DNA of 63,965 bases, filler included, from Reticulomyxa filosa (taxonomy: Eukaryota; Protista; Foraminifera): assembly GCA_000512085.1 (NCBI GenBank). It is 17 parts of 17 records of this genome, joined end to end, with 100 filler letters (N's around TTAATTAATTAA, not from the genome) between each part and the next. Parts side by side here need not be neighbours in the genome. Positions count along the whole stretch, not along the records: positions 31,972 to 44,392 come from ASPP01006138.1; positions 44,493 to 47,878 come from ASPP01009942.1; positions 47,979 to 56,869 come from ASPP01007341.1; 14 more parts are not named here. One strand, given 5' to 3'. Below are positions 35,201 to 48,753 of the stretch, piece by piece (positions within the stretch are counted from its first letter, which is position 1; each line of letters opens with the position of its first letter). The translations under genes and the position numbers were made by a program. Under the pieces are notes generated by a model. The model worked only from the letters and a program-made list of their open reading frames with translations, was not told the DNA's origin and made no database searches.

Positions 35201-38200
35201 AGCAATGGCAATAATGAAGATGAAAAGAAAACCAAAGAAAGGGAAGATTCAACCAATGAAAATCTGCGATTGAGTCTTTTGCTTTATTGCCATCCTTGTT
35301 AACAGTGCTGGCCAGTCCAAAGATTATTGCCAATAAAAAGTCTAATTGCGTCATTAATCCCTTGCGTTTGGAGTTTTTTGCAAGAATTGAATAAGTTGAA
35401 CGAACTGTTCCCCAGCAGCTTGAAACACGACGAGCAATTTGTTAAGCAGATTGCCGGTGAGTTGATGTCAGAAGTGCAAGTATTGGAAACTTCTCATCCG
35501 TACCCCCCTGGAATTCAAATCTTTCGACAGACAGTGTCATTTCCACATGCCAATGCCATTCGCTTGACATTTGATCCTCGATGTTCGACAGTCAACAACA
35601 TGGACATGGTCCAATTATTTTACGACGAACAAGGGTCTCCAGAGGAGGCTGTGCCCAATGGATCATTTTATGGATTGCCCTATCAGCAATGGCCACGTTC
35701 CAGCATGGTTATTCAATCTAATTCCGTTACCATTGTCATGTCTGCAAGATCGCAGCGTTCCAAGGGCAATCGCAAAACCCGATGGGGATTCCGCGTCGTT
35801 GCCCAAGGCATTGTCACGAATGCATTGCCGTGGCTAATGGATTTGGCTGGATCAGCCAGCGGACTGTTGGCAAAGCTCTGTGGCAGTTTGATTCGTGGAG
35901 ACCCCGTCACCGCGCATGACCAGGCGTTCTATCCATACCTAAACGCACCGGAGATGGAAGTGAGTTCATTGGAAAGCGGGACAAAAGATGTGCATGCCAA
36001 AATGCAGAGGACAAGAGGAGACAATAGCGAAAACCTGTCCAAGGAAGACAGAGCCGACGATGCGTTTCACACAGACAATGTCAGTTCAATTGCATGCAAT
36101 GGTTTATTGTCATTGGGATTGGAAGATCCCTCGACTATTGATCACACGCCATGGGGCCAGGACTTGTCGTTTGATGCGGCCCTGTCACCTCCGAGATCAG
36201 TGTCCGTGGAGTCAAAAGAAAATATACAGTTTTTGTTTGATTACATCGAAGGCAAACCTCACACCTTGCCATTGATTGAGCTATTCGAAAAACATCAGGG
36301 CAGACCCATGGTCAATCCCAAATTCCTTCAAGAGTGGAAACGGGCTATTCGAGCAGTGCAAGCCTCCATGGTCAAGCACGGCGGCATTGCCAGTTTGGTC
36401 CGACAGTATTGTCAGCACCAACTCTCCAGCACAACATCCAATGAAGACCAGCATCAACAACATCAGTCTGGAACGTCGGATAAAGATCATGTGCCCAGCG
36501 CCACTTCCAAACGTAAACTTGTTATTGAAAAGTTGAGTGACAATGATCTGCGCATTTTATCCGAACGAGTGCGAGTGGTTGTCAACGCAGTCAAGCCCTT
36601 GACTTCACGTTGGATGGCCCCGGCAGCACAGCAATTGAAACAATGGAACTATTGGTTCAGTCACGAAGAGGTGGAATACAAAATGGAACAATACAAGGAA
36701 AAACAAACGCAACACCAAAAAGCACAAAAGGCAATGACCGAGTCCGTCGCTGCGCCAACTGATGCTGTCAACAATTCGACAACAAATGAGGCGGATGCAA
36801 ACAAACCATCGCAATCCAAAGAAGCAGCCACTGCGTCATCGGAACAATTGAAAAATGCAGACAATTCGGCGAAAGAAAAAGAAAAAGAAAAAGAAAAAAC
36901 AAATAGTGGTGGTGGAGAGGAAGAGAAGAAAGAAGAAAAACCAATGTTTCCAACAGCACCATTTGTTTTGTTCGAAGAAGAATTTGGCGAACCAAGCAAA
37001 ATTGACGACTTGGAGGAAATGTGTCGATTGAAACGGTCTCCCTTTTATCGCTACAATGTCGCCAAAACTATTGATCGCTTATACAATGGCGTGTATTTGA
37101 AAGAGCTTGCCGAGTGTTTGAAGTTAAAGACATCACCGAAAGAAGGAAATATCCAAATTGCCGAATATGTCGTGGATGTGTGTCAGCGATTGCTTCTGTT
37201 CCGAAGTTCGCACTCCAGCGAACCGCTATTTGGATCCAAGGCGCCGCTGATAACCAGTGAAGAGACATCCACTAAGCCGCAGCCTAGCACAGAGCAACAT
37301 GTGCATACGACAGAGCCGCATATCCATCCTGTCATTCAAATGAATGTGAGCGGTGAAACGTCATTTGCAAAGGACGACGAAGGAGACGATATGAATTTGG
37401 TTCGTAGTTTGAGTGATCACGTGCAGCAAATGCATCATGCTCGATTGGGAAAAGATGTACATATTAAAGTGAAACTTGATCACGATTTGGATGATGATGT
37501 TTTGTTTTTGTTTTTATTTTATTTTTAATATAAAATTTGTTTGCACAATATTGCAATGGATGTGTGAAATAGTTGGACTTGGGAAGAAGTCAAAGTGAGG
37601 CACCAGAAAAACGCCCCCCATTGGCACAAAACCAAAAAGAAGAGAAGAAAAAATCAAAGCTGGAAATGGAGCCAAAAGTGCGATTAGATGGAGATCCCGT
37701 CCAAGAGTCAGTGATAGTCACTCCATTGACGAACAAATCATTGTCTCAACGCGTCGAAGGTTTACGCAATTGGATTGGCACATATCAACAGTGGAAATCT
37801 TGGCAGCAACGTGTTTTGACTGTGAATGAGCCTCAATCACCATTGGAAAGCATTGTGCAATTGATTGAGACCGGACTGAATCCTAACGATTTGATCGAAA
37901 CCGCCCGAGCACAACAGCTGAGAGGATTACACCGTCAGTTGGGCCTACGATTTTTGACACAGTTGCTACGTGACTCGAGATTGGAAGTGTGTCGATTGCA
38001 ATTTGTCGGGGTGTTGAGCGAATCCTTGCGCAACTCGGGACGTTCGTTCGATCAGCCCATGGCATCCAAGAGTCGTCCTGCCAACTTGTTTGATGGCTTG
38101 GGATGCTGTGATATGAGAACTAGGCGATCTGTTCAAAAGCGATTGGGCGAATGCATCGACGTATTGACATCGTTGATGTTGAATGATCTCAAGTACGAAG

Positions 38201-41200
38201 TGTCACATCTGACAAGGATTTTAGCCTTGAGCAATGTATTCAGTTTATCCTTCCATGGCGATCTGCACGAAATTGTCAAAGAGCAAAAATTGCTTTCCAT
38301 TATGTTTCAATTGATGCAAGACGAAGAAAAAGTATCCGTCACGCAGAAGGCTTTGCTTCAACCCAATGGCGAAAAAAATAATGTCGAAAAGGCGTCATTC
38401 AATGATTTGGCTAATAAAAAGAAAAAGGATCACAAAAAAGATAAGAAAAAAGACAAAAATAAAAATGATAAAAATAAAAATGAAAAGAAAAAACAATCCT
38501 CAAAAAAGTCGAAACAAAAGAAAGAAACGAAAGAGAAAGAGAAAGAAAAAGAAAAAGAGAAAGAGAAGCCCAATTCAATTGAACCATCTGACCCAAACAA
38601 ACCTTTATCTGATTCAAGCAAACCTTTGTCCGATTCAAATATACAAAGTGGACAAACTGCTTCAAATGATAAACAACCCCAGCAAAAGCCTTCTGCTGAT
38701 CAAAGCGACAAAAAAAAAGAACGACCAACGCAAGACAAGAAAGATAAAAAACATAAGAAAAAACAAAATAAAAAAAAGGGAAAAGAGCCTGTCAACGAAG
38801 AAAGAAAGAAGGTTTTGGACGCTTTTCATAGGTTGGCAAGAGAAACAATTATAGTCAATATTTTTGTGTGTGTTCCTCTTTTCTTCTTTGAATTTATATA
38901 TATATGTGTTTGTATGTCTTCCTCAGCGATCCAGAAAAATTTGTGGAAGAAAATCGAGATTTTTATATCCGACAAGTGATATTGAAACTACGAGATATCT
39001 TTGCAGAAGAAGCTATGGGAAATGGAATGAATCCCGAGACATTAGATTTGGACACTATGGCCATTGGTGCGGCGCGTCAACTGGCAATTACTGGGCGATT
39101 GGACGAAATGATCGTCGGGGTGATTTTGGGAGACGAATCGGAAGAGGAGAACGAGGAAGAAGAAGATGAAGCGGAAGACGCTCTTGAGTCTGTGTTGAAT
39201 GACCCCAATTTGCCACCTTGGGTAAAAGAAGAAATGTACGTCGAACAAGTTTACGTGCAACAGCAACAATTGCAGCAAGAGAAATTCGAACAAGAATATG
39301 GCGGTAAGCCTAAAAAATCGACGCAAGACCGTAATAATCTCGCCAGCGCTCGTTTTGGACGACGAAAATATCACCTTCCACCAAGAGGCAAAGTCACACG
39401 TTTTCCACTTACTTACTTACAATCCAATTTGAACGACACCAAAATTTTCTTGCCAACTGAAGCAGCTTCCGTTGGTATGTGTGAATGTACATGCTTTATT
39501 TGTATATATATGTTACTAAATTTACAATTTCATTTGTTGCTTTCATAGATCCGGTCATGTCTCAGTTATTCTTTATTACAAAATGGGCCGCACTTCGCTT
39601 ATTGTGTTATCAATGCTTAATATGGAGCCCTTCAGACAACGTTATGTATCTTTGATTTGTCTTGTCTCTATTTTTTTTTTTTTTAAAAGATGCTTGTCTG
39701 CCTTGTTTTAGATCTCAAATGCAGCAGGACAAAAATACGAAAACGCTTCTGCAAGCAAAACTCGTACCGATCAGACCAATCGCTTGATATCTCAGTCTTT
39801 ATTGAATTTGTTGAAGAGCGCGTTGCATGATATATCCAAGTATGTTTTCCGTGTATAAATAAAGTGTCTTTCACACAAACTGTCCATCTTCGATCCACTC
39901 ACTGTTGTGCATGTGTGTATATGTGACGTATACAGCACAGGATATTCGTACACAGAACAAATGGTTTCGTCCCGACGTAACAGCTCGATCCGAAATGTAT
40001 TGTCATTTTTCATTACTATCGGATATGACAACCTGACGATGGAAGAAAAAAAGGCACTGTTTCCATTGGTGTTACAGATAGTTTTCAATTGGGAAATGTT
40101 TACATTTGATACATTCCAATTGGCGATGAAAATGTCCCGTCGTCTCGTAACATGGGTGGAGCCGACCATGATGAACATACCGGCGTTGTCCAAAACCAAG
40201 ACGGTGAATCCTTCTTTTATCGTGAAAAAGTGGATCGATTTGATTGGAGAAATCACTCATCGCAAAGCAGGGACATCCACGAAAGAGGAAATTGCCTCGA
40301 CTGCAGTCATGTCGCAATTTGCACAAGCGTCGATGCGACGACCCTCGATTACCGTCACGTCTGAGGCCGGAAAGATATCACCAGTAGAGGAGGAGAAGGA
40401 ATCGATTTCGCCAGACGCCGCACTCGCAGCAGTAGCAACAACAACAACAGAAAACAAAGACGACGATCAAGCGAAAAGGACGAAGAGAGCATCGTCTTCT
40501 TCCGCGGATCCTACCAAAGCAATACCAAAACGTCGAAGCAGCTTGTTACTTCAATCTGCGGTGACGACAATTGGCCAAAGTTTACCGACCCGAAGATTTT
40601 GTGTAGTCGCGCAAGGACAAGAAAGTAGCAAGACATGGAAAGAGGTATTGCTATCACCAGAATTTGAGTTTTTATTGCCGGAAGAGCAAGAAGGCGCAAT
40701 GTACTATTGCGATACCGATGAGGAAGAATTGACGGATGATGAGACCGACAATGAAGCCAGCAATGGTGTAAATGCTTCGATTTCACCAAACCCATTGCAA
40801 TTGTTATTGGAACATCCTGACTTGCAAAAAAAGAGTGCGGAAATAGACAAAGAAAAAACATCGATTCCAACCAATCCACCACCTACTGATCCGAACAATG
40901 CCAATCCAATCACGGCCACATTACCAAGTGGAGCAAACAGTGGAAACGTGATTGAAATCAAAAATGACAACACAACAGCTAGCACCGATACTACTGTGTC
41001 CGCACAAAAATCTGACTCGGCAAAGAATGAAAATAAAAACAACGCAGATGCATCGCAGTCCGTTCCTCCGACGCAAGAACAGCAGCCGCAAGGGTCTTCC
41101 GATGCAACAACGACAACAATAACTAGTACTACAGCAGCCACAACGAACAACAATAGCAGTGACGCAGCGAATACGACACAGTCTACTGTGGTTGCTTCCA

Positions 41201-44200
41201 ATGATCAAAACGCATTGAAACAAGAAAATGCACAATCATCCAAAAAAGAAGAAATTGGACAATCAGCCGATCAGCAGAGTACCATAGCGATTGCAAAAGT
41301 CGATGACGGTGACAACGACAATGACAATGACAATGACAATGACAATGACAACGAAGATGAAGACCAAGATCAAGCACATGACGATATGTCATTGCAGGCG
41401 TGGGATTGCGAAGTTTGTACATACACGAATGCACCTGAAGTCACTGTGTGCGCAGCATGCAGCGCAGCTCGAGACAGAGGCAACAGAGAACAAGACGACG
41501 AGCCTTCCGAAGAACCCTCAGAGGAGCCGATCGAAGATGTCGAATGGGCATGTGCGATCTGCGGCACAGCCAATCTCTTGGGAACAGTGACATGCGAAGC
41601 GTGTGGATATTCTAAACTTAGATCACAAGACTTTTTCCATCGCGAATCCCAAGGACTTACCGAGGAAGCTCAGTTGGAAGCAGCCATTCAAGCGTCTTTG
41701 AATTCGCCAGTCTCACCCGAGAGTACCAACTCAAGTGTAAGTGCAAATGCAAATGCAAATGCAAATGCAAATCCTGTTTCAAATGAGGCTCAACAAGCCC
41801 AATCTCAAGCGGATTTATCGGCAGCAGCGAATGCAGACTCGACACAAAAGAACGCCAGCGCGTCAACGGGCGTTGTCGAAGAAAAAAAGCCGGATGCAAT
41901 GGTCGAAGTGAAAGAAAGAGAAGAGAAAGCCATGGAAATACCCGCATTGGATGAACCCATAAACAAAGATGCCAATTCCACCGCAGCTGCAGCCACGGTC
42001 ACAACGACAAGTGATCAATCCAAGACTTTGGACACTTCATCCGCTGCTGTTCCAACAACCAACAGTGTATCAGAATCACAGCAGTCATCCCAACAGCCCC
42101 AGTCGCAGCCATCCGATACGCAACCCCAGCCGCAGCCATCCGATACTCAACAGGCGAATCCACCTCAATCAAGCGATAATGCGTCTTCTAACTCTGCGCC
42201 GCAAACACAGCCATCGTCGACCACGGTTGCGACAGAGTCCACAGAAAAGACATTACCAAATAAACCAGAAGACCAAGCACAACTAAATCCAAATCCAAAT
42301 CCAAATCCAAATTCCCTGCCGCAAGTATCTGCTCCCAAAAGCGAAGAAAAGACAGGAGAAAAAGAGGAAAAGAAAGAAGAACAAGAAAAGGTGAGAAAGA
42401 AAACTGAGGAACTTTCGCAAGAATGGAAGGAATTGCGTATCAAATTACAAGGACATATGGAAGGATGGAAGAAGAAATTGTTGCAATCGAAGGAAAAGAA
42501 CTTGGAACAGAAAAAAGAAGAAATTCGAAAGGAAGTCCGAATATTCATTTTATTGCATTACCAAGCAGAATTCCGCCAAGAAAAAAAGACAGAGGAACTG
42601 CAAAAGCAACAAAAACAACAAGAAAAAGAAAAGCGACAAGGAGCTCGGGAACAAAGACAAATTAACAAATTGGCAAAAAACAAAAAACTGACCAAAAAAG
42701 AATGGTCCGAAAAAAGTCAACGCGCTTTTCATTTGCGACGACAATATATCGTGGATTGGAAGTCCGCAGAGACATTGAGCAAAGCCCGAAAACAAAACCA
42801 AGACACGCTCAGCAAACAAACGAAAGAACAAAAGAAGATTCAAATCGAGCGCAAAGTTGCCGAAATTGAATTACAAATTAAGGAAGAAACGGAAAGGGAA
42901 TTGGAACATATTCAAGAAGAAGAGCAAAAGGCAATGAATGCATTATCTGATCCATCTTCACAACAGCAACAACAAGTTGCACCTGCTCAAACTCAAAGCA
43001 CTGTTCCTCCTGTTACCAATCCAACAGATAGCTCCGGTGCTGCTGTTCCCACCAACACCCAGCCAAAGGACGAAAACAAACCGGAGACAGTTGCTACCGA
43101 TGCTCCTGCGAGTGATGCGAAAGACAAAGCATCGCCACCGCAAACAACAGAAGCAACGACAACAAGCGAAGCCAAAACGGAAAACGAAGAGAAATCAGCT
43201 CCGCCACAAAAGCCATGTCCTTTGTTGAATACGCCTATAGCGGTGGACACAAAGCAAATGATGAAGCTAATAAAAGACCGCATCAATGTATCAAAAACAG
43301 AACGAGGATGGAGCTTGGAATGTCGCAATGGATTTGCCACAGCTGTTTGTAGTTACGGCTTTTGCGCTGGACGCTGGTATTATGAAGTGTATTTGGACAC
43401 ACAAGGATCCAAGCAAATCGGTTGGGCCGCACCGAACATGGACGTCAGCGCAGAGGGAAGAGGCACAGGCCATGACATCTATTCATGGTCCTATGATGGA
43501 TTCCGTCGTCGCAAATGGCATCAACAAGAGGAACCATGGGGTCCAAGCAAATGGCAGCAAGGTGACGTTATTGGATGTGCTTTGGATTGCTATCGCAAAG
43601 AAATCAAATTCTATTTGAATGGAAAGGATCTCGGAGTGGCATTCACCAACGTACGTTGCAAAGATGGGCTGTTTCCTTCCTTTTCATTGCAAAGAAATGA
43701 AAAATGTACATTGATCTGCGATATGAACCACTTCTATTACCCAATTCCGCAAGGCTATGCCCCATTGATTGGCGATGACATCCGCTTAGGTTATACTCTG
43801 CGCGCACGACTGACTGCAATGAGCATCACCGAAGTGATTCAACAGCACGGATACTACATCTTATTGCCTCAGGGCGATTTCGAAAAGTGCTGCAAATTGG
43901 CACAAGACTTTTCAAGGCTGGGCATTGCCGTTAGCGTCTTACCTCGTTCCTATGTACCATCTTTGAGTATGGATGGACTCGAGCCAAACATTAAATCGCG
44001 CAAAGATTTATTGAATAATCAAGCCCAACTCATATTTAGTGCCAATGTTTCCAGAAGTATTGTCAGTGAAATTGTCGCATTTTTACGATGGTTGTTGCAG
44101 TGCCAAGATGACACAGCGTCCTCTGACGGCTCTCGCATTCGATTGAAACGGTCGGTTTCCACTTCCAACACACAGCAAACCGAAGCCACACCTGTGGGCG

Positions 44201-44366
44201 ATGGCTTACTTGGTGATGTCATGTTCCCGGCGCAATTCCCATTGAACAAGAGTACCAGTGTTATATCAGCCGTTAGTGAAACATCCATTGTCAACACGTT
44301 CCTGGGAACTTATCACTCCAATTGGAAACAAGTCACACAAAATGTATTGGTGGAAACATTACAGGT
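31972..44366 (+). CDS. Giant (>3500 aa, partial at both ends) protein with ETSHPY CUB-like module, two RanBP2-type zinc fingers, UIM and SPRY domain; probably a large E3 ubiquitin ligase
   Basis: Consecutive long + ORFs separated by short introns or homopolymer slips. VLETSHPY..IRLTFDPRCST..RWGFRVVA; WDCEVCTYTN..CAAC; WACAICGTAN..CEAC; EEAQLEAAIQASL; GRWYYEV..QIGWA..SWSYDG..WQQGDVIGCALD..IKFYLNGKDLGVAF. No HECT or RING domain visible in the window. Confidence 0.75.
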
Positions 44367-44571
44367 GAGTGAATGTTTCAAAATTTTTTTTTNNNNNNNN
44401 NNNNNNNNNNNNNNNNNNNNNNNNNNNNNNNNNNNNTTAATTAATTAANNNNNNNNNNNNNNNNNNNNNNNNNNNNNNNNNNNNNNNNNNNNTTTTTTTT
44501 TTTTTAAGAAAAAACAAAGTACTCACAAACAACCATATACGTACCCCCTTCCCTTGCCCTGTTTGCCAACT

Positions 44572-45518
44572 CTAGAGAAAAGAAAAGGTACCTTTGTCTG
44601 ATGCAATGATTTTGGCTAGCAAAGAAAAGGTATTTCCGATTATACTGACAGCACCATCGTCGATGAAGCCACATTTGATCACATTATTCAAATGATCTTT
44701 TTTATCCCAAAATTTATCTAACCACTCTTTTGTAATATTTTTTTGGTTTATTTTCTTGTTTTTCAATGTTGTAAAAATATAGGTAATGTCTCTCTCTCTC
44801 ACATTGTTCTCATTTCACATGCGCACACAAACAATTGAAATCCTTCCTCTCTTGATTTGTATTTGGCTTGCCTTTTTTTTCTTTAAAATCTTCTTTGGAT
44901 TGATAGCATATTTGATTTAATACTACCAGTCCTGCTTCCCATATTTCCTCTGACTTTTTTTTTTTTTAGTTTACATGCCAACAATGTCTTCCTTAATCCT
45001 CCCTCTCTTCTTTCTTTAAATTAAAAAAAAAAACAAACAAAAAAAAAAAGGAACTTTCGAGCTTTGCAAAAAGTGAATAGCCAAATCCAAAATATTATTT
45101 TGAAACAATAGTTTATGCAACTGGCGATTGGATGACACAAATGCCAATGTCCGCAATGCGTTCAATTGCAAAGACTGGTCCTTTTGATGTATAAACTTTA
45201 TTATCCGAGGTATGTGTTTATTGAAGGCCAACATTTCTTTTATTTTTTGTTTTCATTTTGAAACACACGTGCATCCACATGTATATGCATATACATGTAT
45301 ATGTAGTATATACATATATATTAATCCTCATATTCACAATATATAACACACACAAAAAGAACATCTTTTTGTTATATGTTTTAATGTTCAACGCAACTGT
45401 GAGTAAAGTGAGAGTTGTACCACATTTGAGCTACGTTTAGGTAGTGCTCTGATGCTTCTAGATCTGCCATACCATTTGCTGCTGTTAACACTTCACATGC
45501 CTCTCCATGCAAAGACAT
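44572..45518 (-). CDS. ARM/HEAT-like helical repeat protein, 5' exons
   Basis: HIPRIIKFIHQKDQSLQLNALRTLAFVSSNRQLHKLLFQNNILDLAIHFLQS resembles an ARM repeat; candidate ATG at 45518; several AT-rich introns. Confidence 0.5.
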
Positions 45519-46068
45519 AATTGCTTTTTTTGCTTTTTTTGGTTAAGTGCTTGTGTTTTTTGTTTGCTTGAATTAATTATTTATTGTACGGCAGGACTTG
45601 GTAAAGTGCACAAACACTTGTCATAACAAGATTGAAAGAAGAAGTGGCTCTTGGTCAAAAAAACAAAACAAAAAAATTAAAAGAACTATTCAACGAGGTT
45701 TTGTTAATGTTTTTTTGGAGCTTGAAAAATTCATTTAAAAAAAACTCACTAAAGTGACCCGTTTTTTTCGAGCTTGCGTCAAAAAAGAAAAACGTACCGT
45801 GTTTGCTCACAACGTCTTTTTGTGCCCATATTTTTAACTCTAGAGCCATAGAGAAGCAAGGGAATGCCAAGAGGAGACGTTAGCCACTTTTTTTGCGGCT
45901 TTCAACAACTGTAACCTACAAGAGCATGCATGTGATGGTTAAATAAAAATTACACTTTGGAAAAAAGTAAAGAAGTTAAAAGGGGAAATTGAAGAAGCAT
46001 AATACCGGTTCAATACAATAGAACGAGAGAGAAATAAAAAAGAAAGTAATAAAGAACATTTCTAACAA

Positions 46069-47878
46069 CTAATGAACAAAAATTCTTTCCCCACAAATAT
46101 CTTCTCGGATACGAAAGTTAAAGTGTTGAAAAATTTCTTTGAAATTTTTGAAGGATTTGTTACAAATATCGCTATGATAGGGTGCAAAGGGACTAAACCC
46201 GTCCCAAGCGTTTCCCGGAGTGTACCCAAAGACTTTGCGATCCATGATGACATGAAAACTTTTGAGCATCATGTCAACCTTGATCAAATGGCACAAATGT
46301 TCGAGAGAGTGAAGAGCTTGACGGAATTCGGTTTGGTTGGAAAATCGGTGATTAATAGGCCCAAAGGGATTGACAGTGGGTTTTGTTTTGATGCAAAGGA
46401 CAATTTTGTTAATTAACGAGCAATCGGCCACTGACGATGACGAAGAAGAATTGGTTATGGCAAGTGATTGCGAAAACGGATGTTTGTGAAAAGAAGAAAA
46501 TCGACGCCAGGCATTGGATAAGCCTTTAAATAAGGGAGAGAGTAATTGTAAATCATCCAAATTGAATTTGAGCGAGTCGATTCCAATGACAGACTTGGGA
46601 TGATTTGTAGTGAAATTAACAGTGTCATTCCACTCGAGCAAGCGCAACAGCTTGGCAATTTTGTCGATTGTGTTGGTCCGCCTCAAGATAGTCCACTCGA
46701 CTTCGTCCAGCATATAATGGAGTGTCGGCCTCGTGCACACGTGCACGGCATGCGAGACGAAAAGCGGAGAAGGTAGAGTGCTGCCATCGGAGCAGCAGCA
46801 ACAGAAGCGCTGAACAATGCGACTGCGAGTGCATCGCGCTAAGACATCGCGAAGGAACAGACAATTGGCAGTGCGTACCTTGGCTTTGACGGACTCGAGA
46901 CAGGGCAGAGATGGACGTGCAAACGACGTGGACAAGTCACCTACGTGTCCTTGAAATCTCAAATGCTTGCATTCACTTGATATGAAAAACAGAATTAACA
47001 TCGCCGCAGTAAAATCCATGCCCATGGCAATTGTTTCATTTTGCTGGTCAAACAAATTCGCCTCGTAGTTGATGTCCACACTGGTTGCCTTGATCTCGCT
47101 CATACGCTGTCGCAATGTGGTCACAAAGAAGTCCACAAGAGTTTTGCTTTCATCGTCCTTGTCTCGGAATTGCATGTCGAGCCGCGAGTATTGCTCGTGA
47201 ATGCTTTGGAACTGCGAACACCAAAATGTCGATCGACTAAACTTGAAAACTCGCAACTGCGAAAACTTGCCAGTCGAAGAGGAGTCTTTATCCCTAAACC
47301 AACTGCAGATGTCCACGTGGCAGTTTTCCAATCGCAGTTCCTCCAGCGTCGGAATGTCCCCCGCCAGTAGCTGCGGACAGTCAATGCCCTGCAAGTTCAA
47401 CAAGCGCAAACTTGTCAATTTATTGTGAAATATAAATTGTGGTCGAATGCTTATATTTGCAATCATTTCCAATTCTTTCATTTTTATATTTTTATATTTT
47501 TATATTTTTATATTTATATTTATGCATTTTTATTTTTTTGTATTTGTATTTATATATTTATGTATATGTGTTATTAAAATAACAGTACAAATTTGTAACC
47601 TGGACGAATTGATTGCGTCGGTGGCCCTACTCTAGACACAGACAAACGCTTCAAATTTCGGAAGAGGGAGATTTGGAAGGACAAGTAGGTCTGAAACAAG
47701 GAAATGATTTGCATTCGAGTGTGCTGGATGGCATTCCAATCGTATGTGGGTGGGGCATTATGCTGCGCGTTATTGGAACGCGAAGAACGCGACGAACGTA
47801 ATGTTGATGGCAATGAGGAAGAAGAGGAAGAAGAAGAAGATAATGATGATGATAATGATGATGATAATGATGATGACG
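46069..47878 (-). CDS. Hypothetical protein with degenerate leucine-rich repeats (F-box/LRR-like), 5'-truncated
   Basis: FRNLKRLSV, KLTSLRLLNLQGI, PTLEELRLENC, SQLRVFKFS, PCLESVKA (LxxLxL pattern); 470-aa ORF plus an upstream exon at about 47600-47878. Confidence 0.55.
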
Positions 47879-48252
47879 NNNNNNNNNNNNNNNNNNNNNN
47901 NNNNNNNNNNNNNNNNNNNNNNTTAATTAATTAANNNNNNNNNNNNNNNNNNNNNNNNNNNNNNNNNNNNNNNNNNNNAAATCAATTATCATCATAAGAT
48001 ATGTTTTAGGCGTTCAGTTTTCAACCTACTGTAGTTCAATTTATTGCAAGCAAAAAAATAAATAAAAACGCAATTAAGTCTATTGTCTAAACTATTTGTT
48101 AATCCAACAAAAACCAATATAAATTTTTTTGTTTTAAAAAATCCACATCATGAAGTTTTATATCATTTTGTTTTTTATCAATCTTTGAAATTTTGCAAAA
48201 ATTTAATTTTGATTTTTGAAAATTCGGAAGATGGAATAAAAAACCAAAATAC

Positions 48253-48474
48253 TGTAGGAAGTTGCCTAGCTTGTCTGGACTGAAATGTTAAGTGTAATAC
48301 GAATAGTTGCTCTTTGAGCAGTCTTTCAAAAACAAATTAGTTTAAATAAAAGAATATAAACAACAACAAGGGAATAAGAGAGGTTGAAAAAAAAGGTAAG
48401 TAAGTTGTTGTAAAAAAGGGGTTTCCTGAGTTACACAGGAACTTCCCTTTATACTGTTAGGGCCTTGCCCTACA
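48253..48474 (+). mobile_element. 222-bp TGTAG...CTACA element (solo-LTR-like or MITE), copy 1
   Basis: Starts TGTAGG and ends CCTACA; reverse-complement match to 50995-51236 along its whole length. Confidence 0.8.
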
Positions 48475-48753
48475 ATGCTATTTAAAATTTCATGAAAAAG
48501 TTTATAAAATGTTGTTTTTCACGTCCCTCAAAATGGTATTTTAAGTTTCAATTTTTTTAATGCAAATATGAATACAAATCTCTAATATTTTTTAAATGAA
48601 AGATTGTTACAAAAGTCTGACTCGGTATTACAGACAGCGAATTTATGATCGATAAAGAAGGAGGAACGACGCGAAAAAACAGATTACTTATAGCTTGGTT
48701 GCATCATACAACAAAAAAAAATCGCATCATAATACACAAACTTTTATTGTTTT

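Noticed and set aside
35300-35302. In-frame TAA suggesting a ciliate-like reassigned genetic code
   Set aside because: Intact genes here end in TAA, TAG or TGA (for example 6601, 28066, 1922) and long ORFs lack internal TAA; compensating homopolymer errors explain the site.
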